A stretch of DNA of 32,000 nt from the NCBI RefSeq assembly GCF_002945325.1, contig NZ_CP026606.1, forward strand, positions 1,470,001 through 1,502,000. The letters run 5' to 3'. Shown piece by piece: positions 1 through 9,646 of this stretch. Source of the DNA: Methanococcus maripaludis (lineage in GTDB: Archaea > AGJL01 > Methanococci > Methanococcales > Methanococcaceae). Position numbers and translations under genes: made by a program. The notes below the pieces were generated by a model. The model did not search any database and was not told the DNA's origin. It saw nothing but the letters and a program-made list of their open reading frames with translations. Every line of letters starts with the position of its first letter. The stretch's first letter is position 1.

Positions 1-122
1 GGTCCGGAACAAATTGCAGTATGTCCATGATTTATACCCTTTTTACGCTTTTATATTGATATTATTTATTCGTTAAACATTTTTTATATCTTTTTATTTG
101 GGTTTTAAAAATTAAACGTTTT

Positions 123-770
123 TTAAGACGCGGAAGTAATATTCATTTTAAATAAGCTGTTATTAATGTCACCAACAGGAATTCCATTTTCTAACACGTA
201 AGTTCCAAGTAACAAGTCGTCATTTTCAATAATTGTTCGATTTATAATATTTTTACCTGCAATATCATCAATATTTTCCATGAAATATCTATTTTCGTTT
301 AAATTTTCTGTAATTAGTTCAGCGTAATTATATTCTTCGCCAATTTCTATGAATATCCCATAATTTTTGTTATAGACAATAACGTCGTTATAATTAAGGG
401 GTTTATTGTATTTAAGATCTGGTTTTTGAACGTAATCTGAATTTAAAAATATCATTCCATTTTTCGTTTGTATATTTTCATCTGCAAAAAGGCTTCCAAA
501 TCTCCATAAAGGGGTTTTTACAGCTATTTTTGAATAGTTATTCTTATCAATGTACGCCCCATCAAATATTATAAAGAAATAGTCTGGAGTTTGATGTTCT
601 GAAGTTTTATTTGTAACTAATTTTAGCATATCTTTATTTAAGTAGATAAATTCTGGATAAGGGCTATTTTCAACGATTTCAACAGAGCTGTAGTCGTTTC
701 CGATACATCCTGAAAATGAGGTTAATAGTAATAATCCAAAGACTGAAAGTAAACTGGCTACTTTTTTCAA
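123..770 (-). CDS. Hypothetical secreted lipoprotein, 215 aa
   Basis: ORF starts at TTG preceded by GAGGAGAT; N-terminus MKKVASLLSVFGLLLLTSFSGCIG is a lipoprotein signal peptide with lipobox FSGC. No domain recognised. Confidence 0.75.
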   Translation of the reverse strand: MKKVASLLSVFGLLLLTSFSGCIGNDYSSVEIVENSPYPEFIYLNKDMLKLVTNKTSEHQTPDYFFIIFDGAYIDKNNYSKIAVKTPLWRFGSLFADENIQTKNGMIFLNSDYVQKPDLKYNKPLNYNDVIVYNKNYGIFIEIGEEYNYAELITENLNENRYFMENIDDIAGKNIINRTIIENDDLLLGTYVLENGIPVGDINNSLFKMNITSAS

Positions 771-783
771 AAGTATCTCCTCT

Positions 784-1410
784 TTAGTTTATAATGCAGA
801 CCAAAAGGTAAGAATAATCATTTTCCATTAAATTTGATATTTTATCCGTAATTATTCTTTCGTTTGAATATGAAAGATTTTCAAGAACGGTTATTTCTTT
901 TTCGTCCGAAATTCCATTTTCAATCAAGAATTTAAGGTCATTTTTTAAATTATTCGGTAAAAAAATCACTTTTTCATCATTTTTCACATAATCTAACAGC
1001 TTTTTTAAATTTTCTTCTTTTCCATGTATTGTTAAAATGTTATAATCTTCCCAAGATATTTTGGCTTTTGCAGCTGCCATTTGAATTGACGAAATTCCAG
1101 GGATCACTTCAAAATCTTCTTTTTTAATAAAATCAAATGAAGATATAGTTTTTAAAAGACCGCTGAAACACGGGTCCCCCGTTGAGAGTATCGAAACCTT
1201 TTCTTTAGGATTTGAATTTTTATAGTTTTTTAAAAATTCATAAAGTTCGTTTTTAAGATTTACCGTAAGTTCTATTTTTTTTCCGTTAGTTTCAAAGATT
1301 TCAAGGGACCTTTTACTTCCCAAAACAAAATCCGAAGTTTTAACTGTATCAACTGCTTTTTCTGTAACATAATCCCTGCTTCCAGGCCCAATTCCAACGA
1401 TATAAATCAC
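784..1410 (-). CDS. cbiE: Cobalt-precorrin-7 C5-methyltransferase (CbiE-like)
   Basis: Tetrapyrrole methylase N-terminus MIYIVGIGPGSRDYVTEKA and motif VSILSTGDPCFSGL; size about 208 aa; GTG start. Confidence 0.85.
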   Translation of the reverse strand: MIYIVGIGPGSRDYVTEKAVDTVKTSDFVLGSKRSLEIFETNGKKIELTVNLKNELYEFLKNYKNSNPKEKVSILSTGDPCFSGLLKTISSFDFIKKEDFEVIPGISSIQMAAAKAKISWEDYNILTIHGKEENLKKLLDYVKNDEKVIFLPNNLKNDLKFLIENGISDEKEITVLENLSYSNERIITDKISNLMENDYSYLLVCIIN

Positions 1411-1524
1411 TGTATCCCATTTATAATTTTTTTTGAAGAAAATTTAGCGAAACTATATTTAAAATGATATTTAATATAAGATTTAAAAACTATTAATCTT
1501 TCGAAAAAATTTTTCAGGAATATC

Positions 1525-2682
1525 ATGGATTTTGAAAAGTACGATGTGGTAATTGTCGGTGGCGGGCCTTGTGGATTTATTACTGGAGAGAATATTAAAA
1601 ATAAAAATGTTCTCGTTTTAGAGGAGCATCAGGAAATTGGGGTTCCATTTCAGTGTGCAGGGCTTTTAAGTAAAAAATGTATAAATGAACTGGGAAATCC
1701 TAAAGGTTCAGTAAATAAAGTTAGGGGGGCGCATATTTATTCAAAAAACAGTTCTATTACGGTTGGAAATGAAGAAATCAGGGCAGAAGTTTTTGAAAGA
1801 AAGGTAATGGATAAAGATATTGCCGTCAGGGCTTCTAAAAATGTGGATATTTTATTAAAATCGTACGGAAAAATTAAAAATTCAAACAATTTATCCAATC
1901 GCGATAAATGTATGCATAATTTGGAGATAATGCACATTGGGGACACTTTCGAAATATCTCCTGAAATAATTATCGGGGCTGACGGGATCAGGTCCACAAT
2001 TGGAAGATCGTTGAATATGCTTGATAAAAAACGGGAAATAATTTCGGGAGTTCAGATCGAATTTGTCAATGCGAAAGTTGACGATGATTTTGTTTACGTA
2101 ATTTACGATAAAAAATATTCTGAAAAATTTTTTACATGGATAATCCCCCTTGGAAACGATAGGGTAAGGGTTGGAATGTGTGATTCAAATAATTCTTACA
2201 AAAAATTAATAGATTTTATCGAAAATAATCCTGTTGCAAAAGAAATTTTAAAAAATGCAAACCCGGTTGAATTCATTTGCGGTGCAATTCCAATTGGTTA
2301 TTCAAAATCTGTAAAAAATAACGTAATGCTTGTTGGTGATTCTGCAGGCCAAGTAAAGCCTTTAAGTGGCGGTGGGCTTTATTATGGTGCAAAATGTGGA
2401 AAAATCTGTTCAGATACAATAAACCAGTATTTTGAAGGAAATTATGACATTGAATTTTTGAAAAACTATGAAAAAAACTGGAAAAGTGAAATTTCATCTG
2501 AAATTGATAAAAATATTAAAATTAGAAAAATTTTAAACATGATAAATAACGATAAAATGGATAGAATTTTTGATTTTATCGATAAAAACAACCTTGTAGA
2601 ATTTATAAATGAAAAAGGGGATATGGATAATCCATCAACTGTTGTCAAACCGATTTTAGATCGGGTAATCTTTGGAAAATAA
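1525..2682 (+). CDS. FAD-dependent geranylgeranyl reductase family protein (digeranylgeranylglycerophospholipid reductase-like)
   Basis: Rossmann motif YDVVIVGGGPCGFITGENI, PFQCAGLLSKKC, and GDSAGQVKPLSGGGLYYG typical of the family. Confidence 0.85.
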   Translation: MDFEKYDVVIVGGGPCGFITGENIKNKNVLVLEEHQEIGVPFQCAGLLSKKCINELGNPKGSVNKVRGAHIYSKNSSITVGNEEIRAEVFERKVMDKDIAVRASKNVDILLKSYGKIKNSNNLSNRDKCMHNLEIMHIGDTFEISPEIIIGADGIRSTIGRSLNMLDKKREIISGVQIEFVNAKVDDDFVYVIYDKKYSEKFFTWIIPLGNDRVRVGMCDSNNSYKKLIDFIENNPVAKEILKNANPVEFICGAIPIGYSKSVKNNVMLVGDSAGQVKPLSGGGLYYGAKCGKICSDTINQYFEGNYDIEFLKNYEKNWKSEISSEIDKNIKIRKILNMINNDKMDRIFDFIDKNNLVEFINEKGDMDNPSTVVKPILDRVIFGK

Positions 2683-2697
2683 ATTAATTTTAAATAA

Positions 2698-3462
2698 TTA
2701 ATATTTGCCGTACCATTTAAGCTTTAATTCATCAAGAGTTCCATCATTTTCCATTTCTAAAAGTACATCATTTATCGAGTTTCTTAAGTTTGGATTGTTT
2801 TTATTAATTGGAATTGCCCAGTAGCTTACGGATAATTTTTCGTCTAAATATCTTTTTTGTACGTTACATTTAGTGGATATGTGTTCGATGTACATTTCAT
2901 GCCCAATTACTGCATCAACTTCCCCATTTTCTACAGCGTAGGTTAAATTTTCCGGGGTATCGTAATATATACACTTACAGCCTACATTAGTTAAATAAGA
3001 TTCAACCAGTTCTGAAGAGACACTGCCTTCAATAACGCCTAAATTTTTACCTTTTAATTCTTTAAGCATGGTTACTGAACTACTTTCTGGAACTGCAACC
3101 CTGACACTGTCATAATAATAAACTCTCGTGAAATCAATAAATTTTCTTCTTTCGTAATTTACAGTTCTTGATCCAATACAGTCGACCTCATTCTTTTCCA
3201 AAGCATCGAAAAGTTCAGATTTGGAATTGTAAATCTTAAAATTTGTATTTAATTTCATTCTTTTTGCAATTTCATTCATTAAATCAAAATCAAAACCTGC
3301 CAAATTTCCATTTTCTTCATATATTGTTGGAGGGTACTGCGCACATACTCCAACAGTTAATGTACCTCTTTTCATAGTGTTTTGACTTGAAATACAGCCG
3401 GAAATAATTGAAATCGATAATAAAAATAGCAAAATGGTAATCCCAATAGAATGTCTTTTCAT
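2698..3462 (-). CDS. Amino-acid ABC transporter-type substrate-binding lipoprotein (SBP_bac_3)
   Basis: Lipobox SIISGC; GTLTVGVCAQYPPTIYEENGNLAGFDFDLMNEIAKRM; ERRKFIDFTRVYY. The track ORF extends to 3489; the internal Met at 3462 (MKRHSIG...) gives a proper signal peptide. Confidence 0.88.
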   Translation of the reverse strand: MKRHSIGITILLFLLSISIISGCISSQNTMKRGTLTVGVCAQYPPTIYEENGNLAGFDFDLMNEIAKRMKLNTNFKIYNSKSELFDALEKNEVDCIGSRTVNYERRKFIDFTRVYYYDSVRVAVPESSSVTMLKELKGKNLGVIEGSVSSELVESYLTNVGCKCIYYDTPENLTYAVENGEVDAVIGHEMYIEHISTKCNVQKRYLDEKLSVSYWAIPINKNNPNLRNSINDVLLEMENDGTLDELKLKWYGKY

Positions 3463-3577
3463 AAACGGCCCCCACCTTATTTCATACATTATAGTTTTTA
3501 TGAGGGGGTATTTAATATTTTTTAAATAAAAATAACTGAAAATTTAGTTGAATAAAAAAGTAGTTAGGTAATGGTAA

Positions 3578-4342
3578 CTAATCGTACCATTTATTTTTTA
3601 ATTCATAAAGTGCTTCATTCTCTTCCAATTCAAATAATGCATCGTTTATTTCATTTTGGAGATCGTGATTATCTTTTTTGACTGCAATTGCCCAGTATTC
3701 AATTGTCATTTTTTCGAAAATCAATCTGGATTCAAAACTTTTCTGCTTTGAATAGTAATCCAGCTGGATCTGATCAGTAACCACTGCATCAATATTTTTC
3801 GAATATATGTCTGAAACTAATCCTTGAATTGAGTCATAGGATTTGATATTTGCGTTAATACTTCCCAAGTAGTCTTTGGCCCAATCTTCAGTATATGTGT
3901 TTGTCACAACTGCAATATTTTTACCGTTTAAATCTTTAAGTTCGCGATAAGGACTGTTTTCAAAAACTGCAACAACCACATATGTTTGGATGTATGCCCT
4001 TGAAAAATCCATGTCTTCTTTTCGTTCTGGTGAAATCGTCATCGAGGGGAGACAATCGATTTCTCCGTTTAAAAGTGCTTCGTGTGCACCGCCATATTCG
4101 TAAATTTTGAATTCGGGTTTTAAGCCCATATTGTTTGCAATTTCTTTCATCAAATCGATATCAAAACCTTTCAGTTCACCCTCTTCATAATATTGTTGTG
4201 GCGGCATTTCTGGCGTAATTCCAACTGTTAATACGCCGGGAGTTACTGTATTATATTCTTTGCCATAAGAAGAGATACATCCTGAAAAAGAAGTTAGTAT
4301 TAATACTGATGATATTATTACGAGGATTGTGGGGATTTTCAC
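3578..4342 (-). CDS. Amino-acid ABC transporter-type substrate-binding lipoprotein, paralogue of the preceding gene
   Basis: Lipobox SFSGC; GVLTVGITPEMPPQQYYEEGELKGFDIDLMKEIANNMGL; ISPERKEDMDFSRAYI; RBS GGAG just upstream. Confidence 0.88.
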   Translation of the reverse strand: MKIPTILVIISSVLILTSFSGCISSYGKEYNTVTPGVLTVGITPEMPPQQYYEEGELKGFDIDLMKEIANNMGLKPEFKIYEYGGAHEALLNGEIDCLPSMTISPERKEDMDFSRAYIQTYVVVAVFENSPYRELKDLNGKNIAVVTNTYTEDWAKDYLGSINANIKSYDSIQGLVSDIYSKNIDAVVTDQIQLDYYSKQKSFESRLIFEKMTIEYWAIAVKKDNHDLQNEINDALFELEENEALYELKNKWYD

Positions 4343-4631
4343 ATTATCTCCTTTATGGTTGATAACAGATACTAATATTCTTTACTTTAAAGATATATTA
4401 ACTTTTACATGTGATTTGGTCGTATTTCATGGATAGTAATTAAATTTATTATGTTTTTAAAATTATGTCATTACTATTATTAAAATTAATATGGGATATT
4501 AAATAGTCTAGGTACCTATAAAATTAAAATTCAAAAATGCTATATTTATATAATCAAATTTCCATAATTTATAATGTTTTTTTAAGCATTTAATGTCTGT
4601 AATTCATTTTAAAATTAAGGAGAAGATATAC

Positions 4632-6110
4632 ATGGGGTTTCTTGATTCAATTAAAGGAATATTTAGTAAATCACCAAAGATACACTATGCAAAATCACAG
4701 AGTATTGATGTAATGGATCTAAATCCAAAGAGGGTCGGTCCAAATCAGCACATATTGCCGTATTATACTGTAGCATCTGTTGAACTTGGAAACACGACAA
4801 CAAAAGCAATTATATCTGCAACAGAGATGGGATCTGGAAAAACATATGTAGTTTCAAAAGAAGTTAGGATGACAAGGGATGTAAGGCCTCCAAAAAAAGG
4901 AGAACAGGTTTTTGGAAGGACTATCTGGGACGTTGAACTTACAAAAGAAGCAGTTTCTGAAATGGTTCGAGATGTATTGAAAGGTGCAATGGATAAGGCC
5001 CATTTAACTGTAAACGATCTTCATTTTGTTGTTAGAAGTACGGGGGTTACTGCAGGTTTTGCAACGCCTGAAGAAGTAGGGGTAATGATCGTATCTCTTG
5101 CTGAAGGATGCAGAATGGCAGGAATTCCAAATGGAAAGATGACGCCGATAATGACAAAAAAACAGCTTCCAGAAATACTTCAAGATTACACCTTGATTGA
5201 AAAGTTGATTTTTGATGGGGCAGTAACAGGGGTAGTTCCTCCAACTGGAAAAGAAGTAGTTGCAAATGAAATGGAAGGAGAACTTGTAACTGCAGGATTG
5301 AAAATTGGAAGTAAGTGGACCGGTGTTGACTACAGAAACCCGTGTATCAGCATTGATTTTGGAACAACACTTGCCGGAAGAATTACAAACAATGGTGAAC
5401 CTTATGCAAAAGTTGTTGGAAACTTGTGCGGACTTGCAGGTGCAGTTTCAGATGCAGTTGTTCGTGGAACAGATTTGGTAAGTAAAAGGGGCGGTGCAGT
5501 TTTAGATATTCACGCTGAAAAGGGAAGCCCAAACAAAGAACTCGCGAAAAAATATGCAGAAGAAATTCACGGGCACGTAATAATAAAAGAAGTTCCAAAA
5601 GGGATGGAAAGATTTGGAACGGTTCCAGTAAATCCTGAAAGTGCAGAAAAAGCTGGAACATTTTTAATCGGTTGTGATGTCGGTGAAAATGGAAGCGATA
5701 TTCCAGAACTTGAAAAAATTGGTGCAAAAATTTTAAAAGAATCAAATCTTCCAACTTTAATGTATACTTTAGACATTGTTTCTTCAAAAATCACTCAGAG
5801 ATTGATAAAGATTGCACATGAGGAAGGAATTATAAATGGAGATACGGCAATAGGGATTACTGGAAGAGCAGGAATTACTGGTGAAAAGCCAAAATTGATA
5901 ATTGAAATGCTTTCAGAACTTGGAATATGGGATAACGTGTCTGAAAACATAATTTTCGTTGAAGACGGACTTGCTCTTGGTGCAAGTGTAATGGCAAGAT
6001 GCATGAACTGTCTTGGAACTCCAAAAGTTCCAATCGGCGGAAAAAGAAACGGCCCATGCATATTATCTCAAAGGATAAAACGGCAAAAAGAAATGGGAAT
6101 GATAAAATAA
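4632..6110 (+). CDS. Methanogenesis marker protein 14-like
   Basis: Protein MGFLDSIKGIFSKSPKIHYAKSQSIDVMDLNPKRVGPNQHILPYYTVASVELGNTTTKAII matches the recalled methanogenesis marker 14 family. ATG 4632 is preceded by AAGGAGA; the track ORF start at 4593 lacks an RBS. Confidence 0.8.
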   Translation: MGFLDSIKGIFSKSPKIHYAKSQSIDVMDLNPKRVGPNQHILPYYTVASVELGNTTTKAIISATEMGSGKTYVVSKEVRMTRDVRPPKKGEQVFGRTIWDVELTKEAVSEMVRDVLKGAMDKAHLTVNDLHFVVRSTGVTAGFATPEEVGVMIVSLAEGCRMAGIPNGKMTPIMTKKQLPEILQDYTLIEKLIFDGAVTGVVPPTGKEVVANEMEGELVTAGLKIGSKWTGVDYRNPCISIDFGTTLAGRITNNGEPYAKVVGNLCGLAGAVSDAVVRGTDLVSKRGGAVLDIHAEKGSPNKELAKKYAEEIHGHVIIKEVPKGMERFGTVPVNPESAEKAGTFLIGCDVGENGSDIPELEKIGAKILKESNLPTLMYTLDIVSSKITQRLIKIAHEEGIINGDTAIGITGRAGITGEKPKLIIEMLSELGIWDNVSENIIFVEDGLALGASVMARCMNCLGTPKVPIGGKRNGPCILSQRIKRQKEMGMIK

Positions 6111-6201
6111 TTTAAAATAACTAAAATACTCAAAAATTTCTATTTTTTAATTTTAATGAAAAAAGAAAATATTAAAATTTATTTTTAATTTTTAAAAGAT
6201 A

Positions 6202-7170
6202 TTAATCTTGAATACCTTTTTCTGTAATTCTAAAGACTGCTTCTGAATCCGGCAAGTGTGGGGAGTCGTATAATTTTGCAACTCTTTTATCTCCTTTTGA
6301 TTTTCTTAAGAAGAATCTAAATGTTGCAGCGTGTCCAACAACGTGTCCACCAATTGCTTGTTCAGCAACACCAAAGTATGCATCTGGTTTTGCAGCAACC
6401 TGGTTTGTAACTAGCACAATGCAGTTGTATAAATCTGCAAGTTTGTTTAGTGTAGCCATGTGCCTACCTAATTTTTGCTGTCTTTCAGCCAATTTACCTC
6501 TTCCTGTAAATTCGTTTCTGAAAGTGCTTGTAAGGGAGTCAATAATTACTAATTTAATGTTATTTCCGCCTTTGATCAGGTCTTCAATTTTTTCAGCAAA
6601 TAACATCTGCATGTCTGAATTGTATGCTCTTGCAACGAAGGTATTGTCCAAAACAGTTTGGCCATCGATTCCAGCCCCTTCAGCCATCTGAACAACTCTT
6701 TCAGGTCTGAATGTACCTTCTGTATCGATATAAACTGCTTTTGGAGCTTCAAGTTCTTCTTCAACTACTCCTTCTAAATCTGCAAATATTTTTTCTCTCA
6801 TCTGTAAATTTACGCAAGTTTGATGCATAATTTGCGTTTTACCACTTCCAAACATACCTGCAAATTCCGTTACAGACTGGCTTTCGATTCCCCCTGCAAG
6901 AACTGTATCTAATTCAGTGCTTCCAGTTGAAAGTCTCCATACACTCTGTCTTTGTTTTAATAATTCAACACCACTTTTGAATCCAAGGTCGCATAAATCT
7001 CTTGCAGCCATGATCATTTTAGCAGCAGCTTTTTCACTGATACCTTCAATATCAGTTAATTCACCGATAGTTGCTGTTGCAATTTTCATAAAATCGAGGT
7101 ATCCCCCTTCAATTAGTTTATCTGCAGTTGATGGGCCTACCCCAGGCAATTCGGTCAAAACGTCAGCCAT
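6202..7170 (-). CDS. radA: DNA repair and recombination protein RadA
   Basis: N-terminal HhH domain ([20 protein letters not shown]), Walker [14 protein letters not shown], Walker [15 protein letters not shown]-terminal [21 protein letters not shown]. Confidence 0.97.
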   Translation of the reverse strand: MADVLTELPGVGPSTADKLIEGGYLDFMKIATATIGELTDIEGISEKAAAKMIMAARDLCDLGFKSGVELLKQRQSVWRLSTGSTELDTVLAGGIESQSVTEFAGMFGSGKTQIMHQTCVNLQMREKIFADLEGVVEEELEAPKAVYIDTEGTFRPERVVQMAEGAGIDGQTVLDNTFVARAYNSDMQMLFAEKIEDLIKGGNNIKLVIIDSLTSTFRNEFTGRGKLAERQQKLGRHMATLNKLADLYNCIVLVTNQVAAKPDAYFGVAEQAIGGHVVGHAATFRFFLRKSKGDKRVAKLYDSPHLPDSEAVFRITEKGIQD

Positions 7171-7318
7171 AACTTCACCTTTTTGTTAGATATGATGAGA
7201 ATAGTAATATGTGTATAAAAATACCGTGATTGTTAATATTTAAAAATTAAGCTAATGTATAAGTAGCCAAAATCAGTATTTATAACTTGTTAATCAAAAT
7301 AATAAATAATGTGAAAAA

Positions 7319-7864
7319 ATGATCCAAGACAGTGAATTTTTTAGAATGGAAGGCGTTCCGATAACTAAAGAAGAAATTAGAGCCGTAAGTATCGGTAAAT
7401 TAAATTTAGATCCTGAAGACATAGTTTTAGACATTGGCTGCGGTAGTGGGGGCATGAGTGTTGAGATCTCAAAACGGTCAAAATTTGTGTACTCAATTGA
7501 TAACAGCGAAGATGCAAAAAATACGGCATTAAATAACTTAAAAAAGTTTAATGTAGAAAATTGCACGGTTTCACTCGGAAATGCAGAAGATTTAATTTCA
7601 AAATTTGATTTTAACAAGGTATTTATCGGCGGAACCCAAAATATTGAACAGATCTTGGAAATTTTAAAAGAAAAGAACATTGAAATAATAGTTGTAAACA
7701 CAATTGTTCTTGAAAATAGTGTAAAAATAATTAATAAATTTGAAGAACTCGGCTACGACGTAAATTTTGTAAATGTTTCTGTTTCATACGGAAAAAAAAT
7801 TAATTCCGGGCACATAATGCTTTCAAAAAACCCGATAACAATCATAACAGCCACTTTAAAATAG
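7319..7864 (+). CDS. cbiT: Cobalt-precorrin-6B (C15)-methyltransferase, decarboxylating (CbiT-like)
   Basis: MIQDSEFFRMEGVPITKEEIRAVSIGKLNLDPEDIVLDIGCGSGGMSVEIS; SAM-binding motif and stand-alone CbiT length. Confidence 0.88.
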   Translation: MIQDSEFFRMEGVPITKEEIRAVSIGKLNLDPEDIVLDIGCGSGGMSVEISKRSKFVYSIDNSEDAKNTALNNLKKFNVENCTVSLGNAEDLISKFDFNKVFIGGTQNIEQILEILKEKNIEIIVVNTIVLENSVKIINKFEELGYDVNFVNVSVSYGKKINSGHIMLSKNPITIITATLK

Positions 7865-7961
7865 ATTTTATTAGTCTTTTTTAGATATATTTAATAAATA
7901 TAACATAGAAACATAATATTACTCAGGGAAGTTTACGTTTTATATTATTTTGAGGGATTTA

Positions 7962-9524
7962 ATGAAAAACACTGCTTATTTTAGCATGGAGTTTGCAATT
8001 GATCAGTCTTTAAAGACGTATGCGGGAGGACTCGGGTTTTTAGCAGGATCCCATTTTAGGGCAGCTAAACGCCTTAACGTACCCTTGGTTGGGGTTTCAA
8101 TGCTTTGGAGCTACGGCTACTACGACCAGGTGCGAGATCGCGAAGGCCGTATGAAAGTTGAGAATATAAGGAAATACTACGATTTTTTAACAGATATTGA
8201 TTTAAAAGTTCCAGTTGTAATAAATGGGACGAATATTTGGGTTAAAGCGTATAAATTAGAGGAAAATACATTTAATACCTGCCCAATTTATTTTTTAACA
8301 ACAGATATTCCAGAAAACGATCATTTGTCAAGAACCATTTCTTACGGACTTTACGATGGGAATAATTTAACACACATCGCCCAAGAAATCGTATTAGGAA
8401 TTGGCGGATACAAAGTCATTCGAGAATGTGAAAATGTAAAGCGATATCATATAAATGAAGCCCATTCTCTACCTGTCGCATTTAAAATGCTCGAAGACTA
8501 TGGAACTGATTATGTAAAAGAACATTTATTGTTTACTACACACACTCCAATTCCTGCTGGAAATGAAACACAGGATATAAATCTGCTAAAAAGTATGGGT
8601 TTTTTTGGAAGTATTGACACTAAAACTGCTGAAAAATACGGTGGAAATCCATTTAATTTAACTGTCGCAGCTTTAAGAATGTGCAAACGATCGAATGCCG
8701 TTTCAGAACTTCACAGGGACACTTCTGAAAAAATGTGGGCATGGGTTACAAATCGAGAGCCTATAATGAACATTACAAATGCACAGGATAAATATTACTG
8801 GCAAGACAGACAGATACGAGAATCTGCGGGAAAAAAAGATATAAAAATGCTTCGCGAAAGAAAAATGGAATTAAAAAAACAGCTTTTTGAAGAAGTAGCG
8901 GACCAGACCGGAAGCCTTTTTGATCCAAACATTTTAACGGTCGTTTGGGCAAGAAGATTTGCCGATTATAAACGACCTTCATTTTTATTGAGGGATGAAA
9001 AAAGGTTTAAAAATTTGATTAAAGGCGGAAAAATTCAAGTAATCTGGGCTGGAAAACCACATCCTGCTGATTCAAATGCACAGATTACATTTAACTGGAT
9101 AGTTTCAAAAACTAGGGAACTTAAAAATGTTTCAGTTTTAACAGGATATGAATTAAAACTTAGCAAACTCTTAAAGCAGGGTTCTGATGTATGGTTAAAC
9201 ACCCCGAGAAGACCAAATGAAGCATCAGGAACTTCAGGAATGACTGCATCGATGAATGCGTCGATACACATGAGTACAATGGACGGATGGCATGTTGAAT
9301 GGGCAAAAGCATATCCAAAAGATAGTTTTACTATCGGAGACGGTGTAAATCTTGATGAAGATTACGAGGCAAATGAAATGTATAAACACCTCGAAAGGAC
9401 TATAAAGATTTATGATACCGATGAATGGTGGGAAAAAGCTATAAATTCGGTAAATCACGTCGTGGAATATTTTGATGCTGAAAGAATGATTATGGAATAT
9501 ACTAAAAAATTTTACAGTGATTAA
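7962..9524 (+). CDS. Alpha-glucan phosphorylase-like protein (compact GT35/GT-B family)
   Basis: AYFSMEFAIDQSLKTYAGGLGFLAGSHFRAAKRLNVPLVGVSMLWSYGYY, TTHTPIPAGNE, FADYKRPSFLL, EASGTSGM. ATG 7962 has GAGGG RBS; the track start at 7950 is an upstream TTG. See finding on the absent PLP lysine. Confidence 0.8.
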   Translation: MKNTAYFSMEFAIDQSLKTYAGGLGFLAGSHFRAAKRLNVPLVGVSMLWSYGYYDQVRDREGRMKVENIRKYYDFLTDIDLKVPVVINGTNIWVKAYKLEENTFNTCPIYFLTTDIPENDHLSRTISYGLYDGNNLTHIAQEIVLGIGGYKVIRECENVKRYHINEAHSLPVAFKMLEDYGTDYVKEHLLFTTHTPIPAGNETQDINLLKSMGFFGSIDTKTAEKYGGNPFNLTVAALRMCKRSNAVSELHRDTSEKMWAWVTNREPIMNITNAQDKYYWQDRQIRESAGKKDIKMLRERKMELKKQLFEEVADQTGSLFDPNILTVVWARRFADYKRPSFLLRDEKRFKNLIKGGKIQVIWAGKPHPADSNAQITFNWIVSKTRELKNVSVLTGYELKLSKLLKQGSDVWLNTPRRPNEASGTSGMTASMNASIHMSTMDGWHVEWAKAYPKDSFTIGDGVNLDEDYEANEMYKHLERTIKIYDTDEWWEKAINSVNHVVEYFDAERMIMEYTKKFYSD

Positions 9525-9646
9525 TCTCTTTTAAATTTGATTTTAAATCCTTAACGGGTTTTTTGTATTTTTTACGCGATAAATACATATATAAAAGGCG
9601 GCACCTTATTAAATTTTCAAAACTATTTTCGAGTTATGTGGTAATC

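Noticed and set aside
1-30. Possible start of a minus-strand gene (ATG at 30, MDILQFVPD...) running off the left edge
   Set aside because: Only nine codons are visible and the upstream AAGGG is weakly placed; cannot be supported from this window.
5047-6061. Several 72-134 aa minus-strand ORFs inside the marker 14 gene
   Set aside because: Low-complexity L/Q/F-rich shadow translations of the real coding strand.
7294-7701. 135-aa minus-strand ORF
   Set aside because: Antisense to cbiT; no motif, no RBS evidence.
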